Shown here: in pieces, positions 37,717-47,046 of the stretch | How positions within the stretch are numbered: the first letter of the stretch is position 1 | How the letters are laid out: each line of letters opens with the position of its first letter | NCBI GenBank assembly: GCA_043819495.1 | Contig: JBDRET010000024.1 | Coordinates: 7,177 to 71,176, forward strand | DNA: 64,000 bases | Direction: 5' to 3' | DNA from: Candidatus Woesearchaeota archaeon | Lineage (GTDB): Archaea; Nanobdellota; Nanobdellia; Woesearchaeales; UBA11576 | The notes under the pieces: generated by a model | Database searches by the model: none | Seen by the model: only the letters and a program-made list of their open reading frames with translations | What the model was told of the DNA's origin: nothing | Made by a program: the position numbers and the translations under genes

Positions 37717-37791
37717 ATTGTGGAGTCAAGAACCACTTGACAGAATATCCTGTAATACCTGGCACCAGTCTATTTGACCGGTGGTTCTTGA
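37717..37791 (+). repeat. Hairpin element family 2, copy 2
   Basis: 'attgtggagtcaagaaccac' + 44-nt loop + 'gtggttcttga'. It shares the first 20 nt with copy 1 at 18/20 identity. Confidence 0.5.
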
Positions 37792-37956
37792 TATATTAAC
37801 AATCGTTTCAAGGGGTTGCGAACTGCAGACCTGTGAGAATATTTTTTAATCCCCACCATAGAAGAAGTATAGCAAGTGTGAGCAAGACATAATTCCAGAT
37901 GTCTTTAATATCAAAATTCAGATACCATTTCAGGAATTCCGTGACTTTTCCCAATT

Positions 37957-38187
37957 TTACCTCTTCTTCTGCTTCTTTAGCTGCATCTCTTTAGGGTGAT
38001 GTATAGTCTCATCTGCAATCTTCACTTTTTTCGTACGGAGCAGCCGTTTTAGGAATGACTCTTCTTTCTTCAGCACAGTATCTTCTTTGTCCAATTCAGG
38101 AAGCTTTGAAAGTTCTTTATCTTCCTGTTTCAGATGATCTATCTTCCGCTTATCGGGTCGTGTCATTTTTTCTCCTCGATAGTTCAT
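37957..38187 (-). CDS. Small Lys-rich hypothetical protein
   Basis: ORF only. Low complexity. Confidence 0.25.
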   Translation of the reverse strand: MNYRGEKMTRPDKRKIDHLKQEDKELSKLPELDKEDTVLKKEESFLKRLLRTKKVKIADETIHHPKEMQLKKQKKR

Positions 38188-38196
38188 ATGTCCTGT

Positions 38197-38541
38197 TCAT
38201 AACATCGGCAGCTTTCCTGTCACCTTATCTATAGCATCTTCGTTATCAGGGCCGATACCGACACAGGTCTTTGTCCCTGGAGCTATACAGGTCTTGCCGG
38301 CATCAGTTATGACTGCTGCGACAAGTTTTTCTGTCTTTGCCTGATTGACATAGCTGAGCATAGTTTTCTCATCCGGGACTTTCAGCACAATCTTCTTCTG
38401 ACCTTGAGAACGCCATTCATCAATTTTAGAACTGGATGATTTCAGAGTCGCTTCGACTGCTGCGTGCGCTACCTGAGCTGCAAGCTTACCTTTAGGTAAC
38501 TTAAGATCTTGCCTTACCAGAATGACCAGTTTCATATCCAT
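38197..38541 (-). CDS. pth2: Peptidyl-tRNA hydrolase, archaeal/eukaryotic type
   Basis: 'MKLVILVRQDLKLPKGKLAAQVAHAA' is the PTH2 signature. Confidence 0.8.
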   Translation of the reverse strand: MDMKLVILVRQDLKLPKGKLAAQVAHAAVEATLKSSSSKIDEWRSQGQKKIVLKVPDEKTMLSYVNQAKTEKLVAAVITDAGKTCIAPGTKTCVGIGPDNEDAIDKVTGKLPML

Positions 38542-38612
38542 CGATTAACAACCTCTGATACAACAGATAATGTGATATTATACTACAATATCTTACAACA
38601 TCTGATGACCCT

Positions 38613-39695
38613 TTAAAAACTAAGCAAGCTTTTAAAAGTTTGGTTTTTCGGGGTGTACTTCGGCTTGTTCAGTGACTGCATCTCTTTTACAATATCAAGA
38701 TGCTCTATGCCTATCTTACCAACATAAAGGTCATTGATAGAACCTCCTTCTGCAAGATACTTCTTCACCTTAAGATACCCATCTATGTAGACATAGTCTT
38801 TCTGGCAGCCTCCAGGTCTTGATGTATCTGCGATGCCGCGTTTGACCCTTGTGGTTATCCTGAATGCTGTCGATGGCTGGAAGAACTGAAGAAGATACTT
38901 ATATATCTCTGAGAAGCTCTTAGTGAGTGCCATCTGGACAGCGACTGCTCTTGCGGCATAATTCTTGATATTCTCATTATTCAACAGTCCGAATCGCTCT
39001 TCATTGACTACTGCAAGTCCCTCTTCTGTAGCGAGATAATCAGGGAATCCGTGGAAGAACATCATGAATGGCTGTTCCCTGCCGTTCTCAGCGCGAAGGA
39101 CATGAGTACCTATCTCGTGTATCACCAGCCTTTTGATGAAATTGTCTGAGAACATGAAATTATCTTTGATGAATATCTTTTTTTTTGATACCAACACTGC
39201 AGCGCTTGCGCTCATGTTCTTTGTATCGACATCATAACCGAAACCGTAATGGTTGACTTCTGCCTGTATCCTATGCTTAGCAGTGATTGGATCTATGGTC
39301 TTTGCTTCTTTCTCGCATTCAAGTGTGAGAAGGTTTGCGGAATGATCAAGGGCTTCATTTGAGGGAGTCCCATACACTTTACGAGAGAACACTGTGAATT
39401 TCTTTGATCCTCTATTGTTCAACATCTCGCACTTGTCTATGAAAAGGTTACGTTTCCTGCTCAAGAGCTCTCCAAAAGCAGAATCATGATCATCTATAGA
39501 ATTCAGCCTGGACTGTACTGCATCATAATCAAAATCAAGCTCAGGGTATATGAAATACGGGTCATAATCAGGATCCGCAAGCACTTTAATCTTTTCAGAT
39601 TCGTTGTTTATCGGATTTATCTCGAAAAAGCTGACTGGATTGATCACTTGCTGTAGACTTGCATCTATGTTCTTGAGTTTGAAAAAATCTGCCAT
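38613..39695 (-). CDS. DUF1704-family putative zinc metallopeptidase (HExxH plus QEGLA-type motif), paralog 1
   Basis: 'HEIGTH' and 'TEEGLAVV'. Confidence 0.5.
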   Translation of the reverse strand: MADFFKLKNIDASLQQVINPVSFFEINPINNESEKIKVLADPDYDPYFIYPELDFDYDAVQSRLNSIDDHDSAFGELLSRKRNLFIDKCEMLNNRGSKKFTVFSRKVYGTPSNEALDHSANLLTLECEKEAKTIDPITAKHRIQAEVNHYGFGYDVDTKNMSASAAVLVSKKKIFIKDNFMFSDNFIKRLVIHEIGTHVLRAENGREQPFMMFFHGFPDYLATEEGLAVVNEERFGLLNNENIKNYAARAVAVQMALTKSFSEIYKYLLQFFQPSTAFRITTRVKRGIADTSRPGGCQKDYVYIDGYLKVKKYLAEGGSINDLYVGKIGIEHLDIVKEMQSLNKPKYTPKNQTFKSLLSF

Positions 39696-39798
39696 CGTCC
39701 CTGAAATTATCCGCTTTCTTCAATATATAAACTTGTTGTTTTATTCTCCTCGAGAGTAGGGACAAAAGTTTAAATAGCGTATAACCCAGTTCCAAAGT

Positions 39799-40740
39799 AT
39801 GATAGATATATATTACAGGCCTGAAAATCGGGTGGTTCAGGGCAAACTCAAGAACCTGAAATCACGGAAGACTGTCTGGGTAGATTGTTTTAACCCTTCG
39901 AAGCAGGAGATTGATGATGTCTGTGCTATTGCAGGGATTCCCAAGCAAGAGTTCAAGGAACATCTTCTTGGATACGAACGTCCAACAACACTTGAGACAG
40001 AGGATTATTCTCTAGTCGTATTCGGTGCACCTATACAGCGAGGCAATACCCGCGTAAGTTCTCTAGCGTTATTCATATGCAAGAACCAGACTGTTGTAAC
40101 ACTCAGGACTGCAGAGATAGACGCTCTGGCAAGGGTCAAGCGCGAGATGCTTGATAAGAACCCAAAGTATCTTGATTCTTCTACTGCATTATTACAGATC
40201 ATCCTTGAAAGGATAATAAGCAGCTATTTTGAACATATGGAGCGATTCCAGGAGCATACGGATCATATAGAGGCAATAGTGTTCAAGGCTCCTCAGAAAG
40301 AAGCAGTCGAAGAGACCTTCAAGATCCGTAAATCAGTGCTCCTTTTCCAGAAAGCGCTGGTGGCAAACAAGGAAGCGATACTTTCAATAGAAAAAGGCAA
40401 TCTTAGCAGACTTTCAAAGAAAGATGTTGTTGATTTCAGGGATATACGAGAAGATGTTATGCAGCTGATAGATTCCGGTGATACCCAAAGGATAATTCTT
40501 ACAGGAGTGCTTGACATCTATACCTCTTCAGTGTCAAACCAGATGAGTGAAGTCATAAAGAAGCTGACAGTCGTCGCATCTTATGTTCTCATCCCTACGC
40601 TCATAGCAAGCATCTATGGCATGAACTTCAAGAACATGCCTGAACTGTCCTGGCAGTGGGGATACCCTTTCTCAATGGGAGTCATGGCGCTTTCCATATT
40701 CTCGGTATGGTATTATTTCAGGAAGTCAAAGATGATATGA
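39799..40740 (+). CDS. corA: CorA-family magnesium transporter
   Basis: 'YGMNFKNMPEL' (GMN motif) followed by two C-terminal TM helices. Confidence 0.8.
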   Translation: MIDIYYRPENRVVQGKLKNLKSRKTVWVDCFNPSKQEIDDVCAIAGIPKQEFKEHLLGYERPTTLETEDYSLVVFGAPIQRGNTRVSSLALFICKNQTVVTLRTAEIDALARVKREMLDKNPKYLDSSTALLQIILERIISSYFEHMERFQEHTDHIEAIVFKAPQKEAVEETFKIRKSVLLFQKALVANKEAILSIEKGNLSRLSKKDVVDFRDIREDVMQLIDSGDTQRIILTGVLDIYTSSVSNQMSEVIKKLTVVASYVLIPTLIASIYGMNFKNMPELSWQWGYPFSMGVMALSIFSVWYYFRKSKMI

Positions 40741-41115
40741 GTTTTTGTGTCAAATGCATTTTCTTCAGTTATTTGAGTTACTGATAGAGTGAAAAAGCCG
40801 ATGACGCCAATATTCAGTCATTCTATGTGCTGAAATTAATCACATAAAATAATCAATAAATAATGAACCCCTTCGGGGAAATTTCTAATTTACGTCCTAG
40901 AGCGTGCGTGGCGCTTGCAAACTTATTTGTAAGCTCAATAATTCCGATAAGTTTGTGAGTGTAACGAGCAAGCGAATTAGGTCTTAGTTGAGTGATCAGA
41001 GCTGAAAAGCTTGAGTTGGCTTTTTATTTCGATATCAGACAAAACCTTTATATTGTACTGTGGTGCTCCATATACTGACGACTTGCTGTTGTAGGGCAGG
41101 TCAGGAGGTAATAAG

Positions 41116-43008
41116 ATGGTAATAGTTAAGTTCCCTGATGGGGCAACCAAGGAATACACTGTTGGTACCACGGGCCTACAGATTGCTGAAGATATCTCTT
41201 CAGAACTTGCTTCTCAAGCAGTCGCGATGAAGCTCAATGATAAGGTTGTAGAGTTATCTACGCCAGTGGTCGAAGATTCTGAAGTGAAGATAATGACACC
41301 AAAAGACCCTGAAGGAATGGACGTCTTTAGGCACAGTACAGCACACCTTCTCGCGCACGCAGTAACTGAACTTTATCCTTATGCAAAACTTACTATAGGT
41401 CCTGTTGTCCAGGAAGGATTCTATTATGACATAGATCATGAGCCGTTCCAGCCTGCTGACATGAAGAAAATCGAGCAGAAGATGCATGAGATCATGAAGC
41501 AGAAGCAGCCGATAATCCGACATGAATTATCAAAGAATGATGCTCTTGAGCTGTTCAAGGATAATGAGTTTAAGGTTGAGATGATCAATGATCTTGAAGA
41601 TGGGACACTTACAGTATATCGACAGGGAAGTTTTGTCGACTTGTGTAGAGGACCACATGTCAGGCATACAGGGATGATAAAAGCATTCAAGCTCACGAAG
41701 ATTGCAGGTGCGTATTGGAGAGCCGATGCAAAGAACAAGCAGCTCCAGAGGATATACGGTATAAGCTTCCCTACAAAAGAAGAGCTGAAAGAATACTTGA
41801 GACTTCTTGAAGAGGCAGAGAAACGCGATCACAGGAAGATAGGGAAGAAGCTTGACCTGTTCAGTTTCCATGAAGAGGCTCCAGGAATGGCATTCATGCA
41901 TGCAAAAGGTATGGTCATGTGGAATGAGCTTATGAAATTCTGGCGTGAAAAGCATTCTAAAGCAGGATATGTCGAGACGAGGACACCAATAATGCTCAAT
42001 AAGTCTCTTTGGGAGACTAGCGGGCATTGGGATAACTATCGGGAGAACATGTACATCACTAAGGTCGATGAAGTAGAGTATGCGATAAAACCTATGAACT
42101 GTCCTGGCGGCATGTTGCTATACAAAGAAAAAGTGCATTCTTATCGTGAGTTCCCATTGAAAGTCGCTGAGATCGGTCTTGTACATAGGCATGAACTCAG
42201 CGGGGTAATCGGTGGGATGCTGCGAGTAAGAGAGTTTCATCAAGATGATGCGCATATATTCATGACAGAGTCCCAGATTGTCCAAGAAGTACTTGGTGTA
42301 ATCAATCTGTGTGAAGAGATGTATTCTGTGTTTGGGCTGGAATATAATCTGGAGCTTTCTACAAGGCCTGAGAAATCAATAGGCACAGATGAACAATGGG
42401 AGAAAGCGACAGAAGGTCTGAGAAAAGCGCTTGAAGAAAAAGGAAAGGAGTATGTCCTCAATGAAGGTGATGGTGCTTTTTATGGTCCGAAAATTGATTT
42501 CCATCTTAAGGATGCTCTAGGAAGGACGTGGCAATGCGCAACAATACAGCTGGATATGTCTTTGCCAGAAAGATTCGACTTGAATTATGAGGGAGAAGAT
42601 GGCAAGAAACATAGGCCGGTAATGATACATAGGACAGTATATGGTGGAATCGAAAGGTTCTTAGGAGTGCTTATCGAGCATTATGCAGGAAAGTTCCCTC
42701 TCTGGCTCAGCCCAGTACAGGTTCGCGTGCTTACTGTGGCAGACAGGCATGATGGATATGCAGAAGATATCCGCAAGAGATTCTTTGATGCAGGTATACG
42801 GGCAGAGCTTGACTCACGTTCTGAATCTATATCTAAGAAGGTGAGAGAAGCGCAGATACAGCAGGTGAACTACATCCTGGTCATAGGCGATACTGAATTG
42901 GAGAATGGGACTGTGAATGTCCGGACTCGTGATAATATTGTACATGGTGAGAAGAAGCCTGAAGAGTTCATGGATTCTGTGCTTGGTGAGATAAAAGGAA
43001 GAAAGTAA
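41116..43008 (+). CDS. thrS: Threonyl-tRNA synthetase
   Basis: N-terminal TGS domain, class II motifs 'FRHSTAHLLAHA' and 'HRTVYGGIERFLG', and a C-terminal anticodon-binding domain. 630 aa. Confidence 0.9.
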   Translation: MVIVKFPDGATKEYTVGTTGLQIAEDISSELASQAVAMKLNDKVVELSTPVVEDSEVKIMTPKDPEGMDVFRHSTAHLLAHAVTELYPYAKLTIGPVVQEGFYYDIDHEPFQPADMKKIEQKMHEIMKQKQPIIRHELSKNDALELFKDNEFKVEMINDLEDGTLTVYRQGSFVDLCRGPHVRHTGMIKAFKLTKIAGAYWRADAKNKQLQRIYGISFPTKEELKEYLRLLEEAEKRDHRKIGKKLDLFSFHEEAPGMAFMHAKGMVMWNELMKFWREKHSKAGYVETRTPIMLNKSLWETSGHWDNYRENMYITKVDEVEYAIKPMNCPGGMLLYKEKVHSYREFPLKVAEIGLVHRHELSGVIGGMLRVREFHQDDAHIFMTESQIVQEVLGVINLCEEMYSVFGLEYNLELSTRPEKSIGTDEQWEKATEGLRKALEEKGKEYVLNEGDGAFYGPKIDFHLKDALGRTWQCATIQLDMSLPERFDLNYEGEDGKKHRPVMIHRTVYGGIERFLGVLIEHYAGKFPLWLSPVQVRVLTVADRHDGYAEDIRKRFFDAGIRAELDSRSESISKKVREAQIQQVNYILVIGDTELENGTVNVRTRDNIVHGEKKPEEFMDSVLGEIKGRK

Positions 43009-43045
43009 AATATTTAAATATTTTTTTCACCTTTTTTTGATTCTT

Positions 43046-43186
43046 ATCTGTGAAGTCTTTCTCTACTCCAACGCAGCGCTTGTTTTGCATATCATCTCTA
43101 TTCAGTCAGCCCTACTGCGATATCTATCGCTCAAGTCATCGTAAACTCGCTAGGCAGCGTTGGCGTCTGTATCGACTTCACAGATT
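43046..43186 (+). repeat. Hairpin element family 1, copy D (141 nt)
   Basis: Terminal IR atctgtgaagtc / gacttcacagat plus an inner ccaacgc / gcgttgg pair. Core 'agcgct ... ctactgcga ... aactcgctaggcag'. Confidence 0.55.
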
Positions 43187-44729
43187 ATGCTGCTTTTCTG
43201 TATTCTCTTAGCGAGGGTAGGGGTGGTGGTATCATTGCGCTCCACAACTTGACTTCATTCCCTTTCTGCTTCTGCATAGATGGCAACAGATACTGCACCC
43301 ATACAGGTGCAATGTTCCTGGTCTGGATCTTCCTGTGCTTTTGGGCCTGTTCCTTTTGTCTCATCTGCCTATGCTCTGCAAGGGATATTATCCTGCTTTC
43401 CACATCTTTCTTTGTACGTACGCTTGCCAGATAACTCTCAGGTAATGGTGGCGGAGTCTGTGATGCTTTTCTTGCTCTCACTTCATTCAGGTATGATTCT
43501 GGCAGGGGTGGTGGTGTCTGTATCGCTCTTTTTGCCTGTATGCTGTCCAAGTATGCTTTTGGCAATGGCAGGGGCATCATCTGCTGCGCTTTCTTCACCC
43601 TGACTTCATTCAGGTATGATTCTGGCAGGGGTGGCGGTGTTATCGTTATCTTGCTCGTGACTGCACGTGCACCTACAGGTGCATCCTTGTAAGGACTTTC
43701 TGATTTTACCTGTTCGAGCAGCAAGAGATTATCCCTCAGAGACTGCCTGTCATGCTTCACATATCTCCTGTTTGACAGTGTAGTTATCACATCAAGGGAT
43801 CTCTTCAGCTCATCACCTTTGAAATAAGTCTTTGCCAGTTCATATGCATCAGCGATGCTGTTTTCATCATTCTTGAAGATGAGTGTCTTGTACATCTGCC
43901 TTACAATCTTCTCGCATGATTCTGCAGCATCTTCTTTTGTGAAGTATTCTTTTGCTATCTTCATCGCTCTTTTCAGGTCATCAATCTGCCCGCTCTTCAT
44001 TATAGAGTCATACGTGCGTATTGCAGACATAGCCTCTTTGACATATTCTTTTGATGTCCTTCGGCCTTTAGATCCTCTGTTTTCAGAGACTACATATCTG
44101 AATTCCATACTTTCATTACCTTTGTTTTCAGGATCTGTCGAATAGTCAATGCTCAATCCGAGCTCTTTCCTTGACTTGAATATCTTGTCATAGATGCTGG
44201 CCTCAAAGAATCTTGCAGTCTTCTTCGGATTGTCATATCTGTTGGCTGTATCCACAACATCATCCGTCTTGACAGCTGATCTGCTATCCATCTCTTCAAG
44301 TATATCTGATATCTCATTACCCAGATTGTAGGTGCTGCGTACAGCTCTTTCTCTATTCATTCCGTCCATCTTAATTCCCTCATTATCTCTACCTTTTGCA
44401 GATATTGCCTGATTGCGAATCTCTGTATCTACCAGTATCGGTCTGATTCCTTCCTGTGTCAAGACTTGGCTTAAGCTTCCCATCTTCTTGTATGCAGTAT
44501 TTCCTATCCCTTTGATTATCGGCGTGTCTTCCCTGCATAGTTCTGGTACGTAAGAATTGATGATTGCAAGAGTCCGTGCATCATTGCAGAATATACCTTT
44601 AGCATATATCTCTCCTTTCTCTCTCCTGTCATCAGGGCTGTTCAGCTTTAATATCCAGTCTCCTGTAGTTGAGAGCAAATCGTACAAGTTTGGTTTTTCT
44701 GTTTCCATTTTGTCATACATCTCCTTCAC
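43185..44729 (-). CDS. Hypothetical protein with C-terminal tandem 'PPLPESYLNEVRxKKAxQ' repeats
   Basis: ~105-nt DNA tandem repeats at ~43380-43680 encode four or more 'PPPLPESYL' units. Confidence 0.45.
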   Translation of the reverse strand: MKEMYDKMETEKPNLYDLLSTTGDWILKLNSPDDRREKGEIYAKGIFCNDARTLAIINSYVPELCREDTPIIKGIGNTAYKKMGSLSQVLTQEGIRPILVDTEIRNQAISAKGRDNEGIKMDGMNRERAVRSTYNLGNEISDILEEMDSRSAVKTDDVVDTANRYDNPKKTARFFEASIYDKIFKSRKELGLSIDYSTDPENKGNESMEFRYVVSENRGSKGRRTSKEYVKEAMSAIRTYDSIMKSGQIDDLKRAMKIAKEYFTKEDAAESCEKIVRQMYKTLIFKNDENSIADAYELAKTYFKGDELKRSLDVITTLSNRRYVKHDRQSLRDNLLLLEQVKSESPYKDAPVGARAVTSKITITPPPLPESYLNEVRVKKAQQMMPLPLPKAYLDSIQAKRAIQTPPPLPESYLNEVRARKASQTPPPLPESYLASVRTKKDVESRIISLAEHRQMRQKEQAQKHRKIQTRNIAPVWVQYLLPSMQKQKGNEVKLWSAMIPPPLPSLREYRKAA

Positions 44730-45156
44730 CTTCGCTTGTTTTTTTTTTGCTCCCCTATGGCATAGCTCACGCTATTCCTGGACATTGTCCGATCTGTTGC
44801 AAAACCCCCTACTATGCAGCTCAGGAACCTGGAGAAAGCGAAAAAGATCAGAAGGTTGTCCTTGCGAACAACCCCTGATATCGAGCTATCTCCGAAGAGC
44901 ATGATAGTATGTATTGTCTACTTTGTTTGTTGGTGATAGCTCGATTTATGGAACCGGTCTTAGGTGTGGAAACTTAGGACCATCTTCCATATACCCCTCT
45001 AAGGCTTGACAAGTATATAAGCACTTCTGTGATTATTTTTGCTAAAATCTTTATTTTTTTAGTATTATCCATATTTAGTAAATTTATTGGTTATTAATTT
45101 ACTTATTAACCTAATGCTTGATTGTCGCACCATATATACGAGAAGGGAGTTCTTCG

Positions 45157-47046
45157 TTATCTTTTTACGGCAAGATCATTGATGTCCTTCTTCTTGGAAG
45201 GTTCTGAAGCTGTAAGACTTGCTTTAGCCTTGTCCCTGAGCTTTATGTTCCCGAAGTGTATGCTGTTGAAATGTGTGAATGAAAGCCTGCGTAATGCGTT
45301 CTGCATGATGATGAGAAGTACGAAGATCCCTATAGCATATGCCATAAGCATAGATAATCCATGAAGCAGGACATCAAATCCTGAGTTGAATATTATCGCC
45401 TGTTTCAATGCATTCTCGCTGATCACGAATGGATTGAGCAAAGCCAGGCTCTTCAGGTATCCTGGAAGGCTCTCAAGTGGGATGACTACTCTTGAGAATA
45501 GCATGAATACTGAAATGAGGGTTATCGCTGCAAGGTTGGATGTCTCTTCAGTCTTGAAGATGAACCCCACAAACATCCCTATGCAGATGAATACTGTGGC
45601 AGTCAACAGGACTATCAGCAGAATCATGAGTATCGATGCCAATACCTGTGTCTCAAAGAACACTGCACTCACGCTCACGAACAGCAAGAGCTGTATGAAC
45701 AGGACAGTGAGTGAAGTCAGGTAGGTGGATATGTTGAACGTGAAATATGATGTCGGCGTGAAATTGTTCCTGAAAAAAGATCTTGATTTCTTCTCTACCA
45801 TGACTAAAGTGGTGGACAGGAGTATCCCTGTTATCATCATTATCAACACAATAAGTGTCGGGAAAAGTGAATTGAAATGTGTCTTCTGGGTCGCAAGGGG
45901 TTCTATCTTGGTGGTTATCGGTGTCGATATCCCTTCTGCACTTTTGCCTTTCACTGCTTTTATCTTCTGCAGAGCCTCATCAAGCGTCCCCTGCAGTGAG
46001 GTCATGCTGGTCACCATACTGTCTATCTCTGTAGATGTCTGGTCGAACTGTGGGAGCAGCTCATCCCTCTTCTGTTTGATCGTGGTTATCTTTGACTGTG
46101 TCTCTGAAATCTTCTGACCTATCGCATCAAGAGAGGATCTTATCGTCACCAGTCGTGAAGAAGCATTATCTGCATCAGAGCGTATCAATGCAATAGCATC
46201 ATCGATCGTATCCTGTATCTCATCAGTATCTTGGTCTATATCATCAAGCTCATCCAAGACTCCAGACTCATTCGTCAGAGATTGTGCAGATGCGGCAGAA
46301 TTCTCGATGCTATCGATCACATCGTTGATGCTGTCTGAGAGGTTAGCTGCCTGGCTCCTTATTGCAGCAAGGTCCGTCTCTAATCTATCTGATATCCCCT
46401 TATCATTCTGGATATCAATATTGTTGAAATCTACTGATATGTCAAGCTCTTTGATGCCTGCCTGCGTAGAGCTGCTCTTTGTCTTTAACCCATCGCTCTT
46501 TGTCCGCATCTCTCCCAAGGTCTTCTGGCCATAGCTGATCCTTTCCTCTACAAACCACATCCTTTCAAGAAGGTCTGCGGTCATCTCCTTGGACAGTTCC
46601 GAAGACCGTTCAGATATGCGGGCAGACATGACATCCAGCATGAGCCATACAAGGTTTATCTGTGAATAATCGACATAGAACGTAAGCTCATTGCTCTGTC
46701 CGGTATTAATGTCCATACCTGCAGGGAACAATACGCACGCCTGTGATTCTCCAGTCTTCACTGCACTTATGCAATCATCCTCTGAATCCAGGCGCAGTAT
46801 GTCGAAGTTCTGGTTCGTCATCTTAGTTATCAATGATTCTGAAAGTTCAGTGTATCCTTCTGAGTATATCGATGCTGTGAGAGAAAATCCGCTCGATTGG
46901 CTGAACGCAAGACCGAGTAGAGTCACGAGCAGGAGCGGACCTATGAATATGACAAGTGAAGATATCTTAGCCCTTACCAGGAGCTTGAAATTCTTCTTCA
47001 ACATCTCTAATAGTCCTTTCATATCACATACCTTCTTATCCATCAC
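45157..47046 (-). CDS. ABC-2/YhgE-type transporter permease with a large extracytoplasmic coiled-coil domain
   Basis: N-terminal TM, then a ~350-aa helical domain, then five C-terminal TM helices. Overlaps the upstream ABC ATPase gene. Confidence 0.6.
   Translation of the reverse strand: MMDKKVCDMKGLLEMLKKNFKLLVRAKISSLVIFIGPLLLVTLLGLAFSQSSGFSLTASIYSEGYTELSESLITKMTNQNFDILRLDSEDDCISAVKTGESQACVLFPAGMDINTGQSNELTFYVDYSQINLVWLMLDVMSARISERSSELSKEMTADLLERMWFVEERISYGQKTLGEMRTKSDGLKTKSSSTQAGIKELDISVDFNNIDIQNDKGISDRLETDLAAIRSQAANLSDSINDVIDSIENSAASAQSLTNESGVLDELDDIDQDTDEIQDTIDDAIALIRSDADNASSRLVTIRSSLDAIGQKISETQSKITTIKQKRDELLPQFDQTSTEIDSMVTSMTSLQGTLDEALQKIKAVKGKSAEGISTPITTKIEPLATQKTHFNSLFPTLIVLIMMITGILLSTTLVMVEKKSRSFFRNNFTPTSYFTFNISTYLTSLTVLFIQLLLFVSVSAVFFETQVLASILMILLIVLLTATVFICIGMFVGFIFKTEETSNLAAITLISVFMLFSRVVIPLESLPGYLKSLALLNPFVISENALKQAIIFNSGFDVLLHGLSMLMAYAIGIFVLLIIMQNALRRLSFTHFNSIHFGNIKLRDKAKASLTASEPSKKKDINDLAVKR

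Noticed and set aside
11356-43186. Interpretation of family-1 elements as integron attC sites
   Set aside because: attC sites are conserved at the outer cores (R''/R') and variable inside, the opposite of what is seen here. No integron integrase is nearby.
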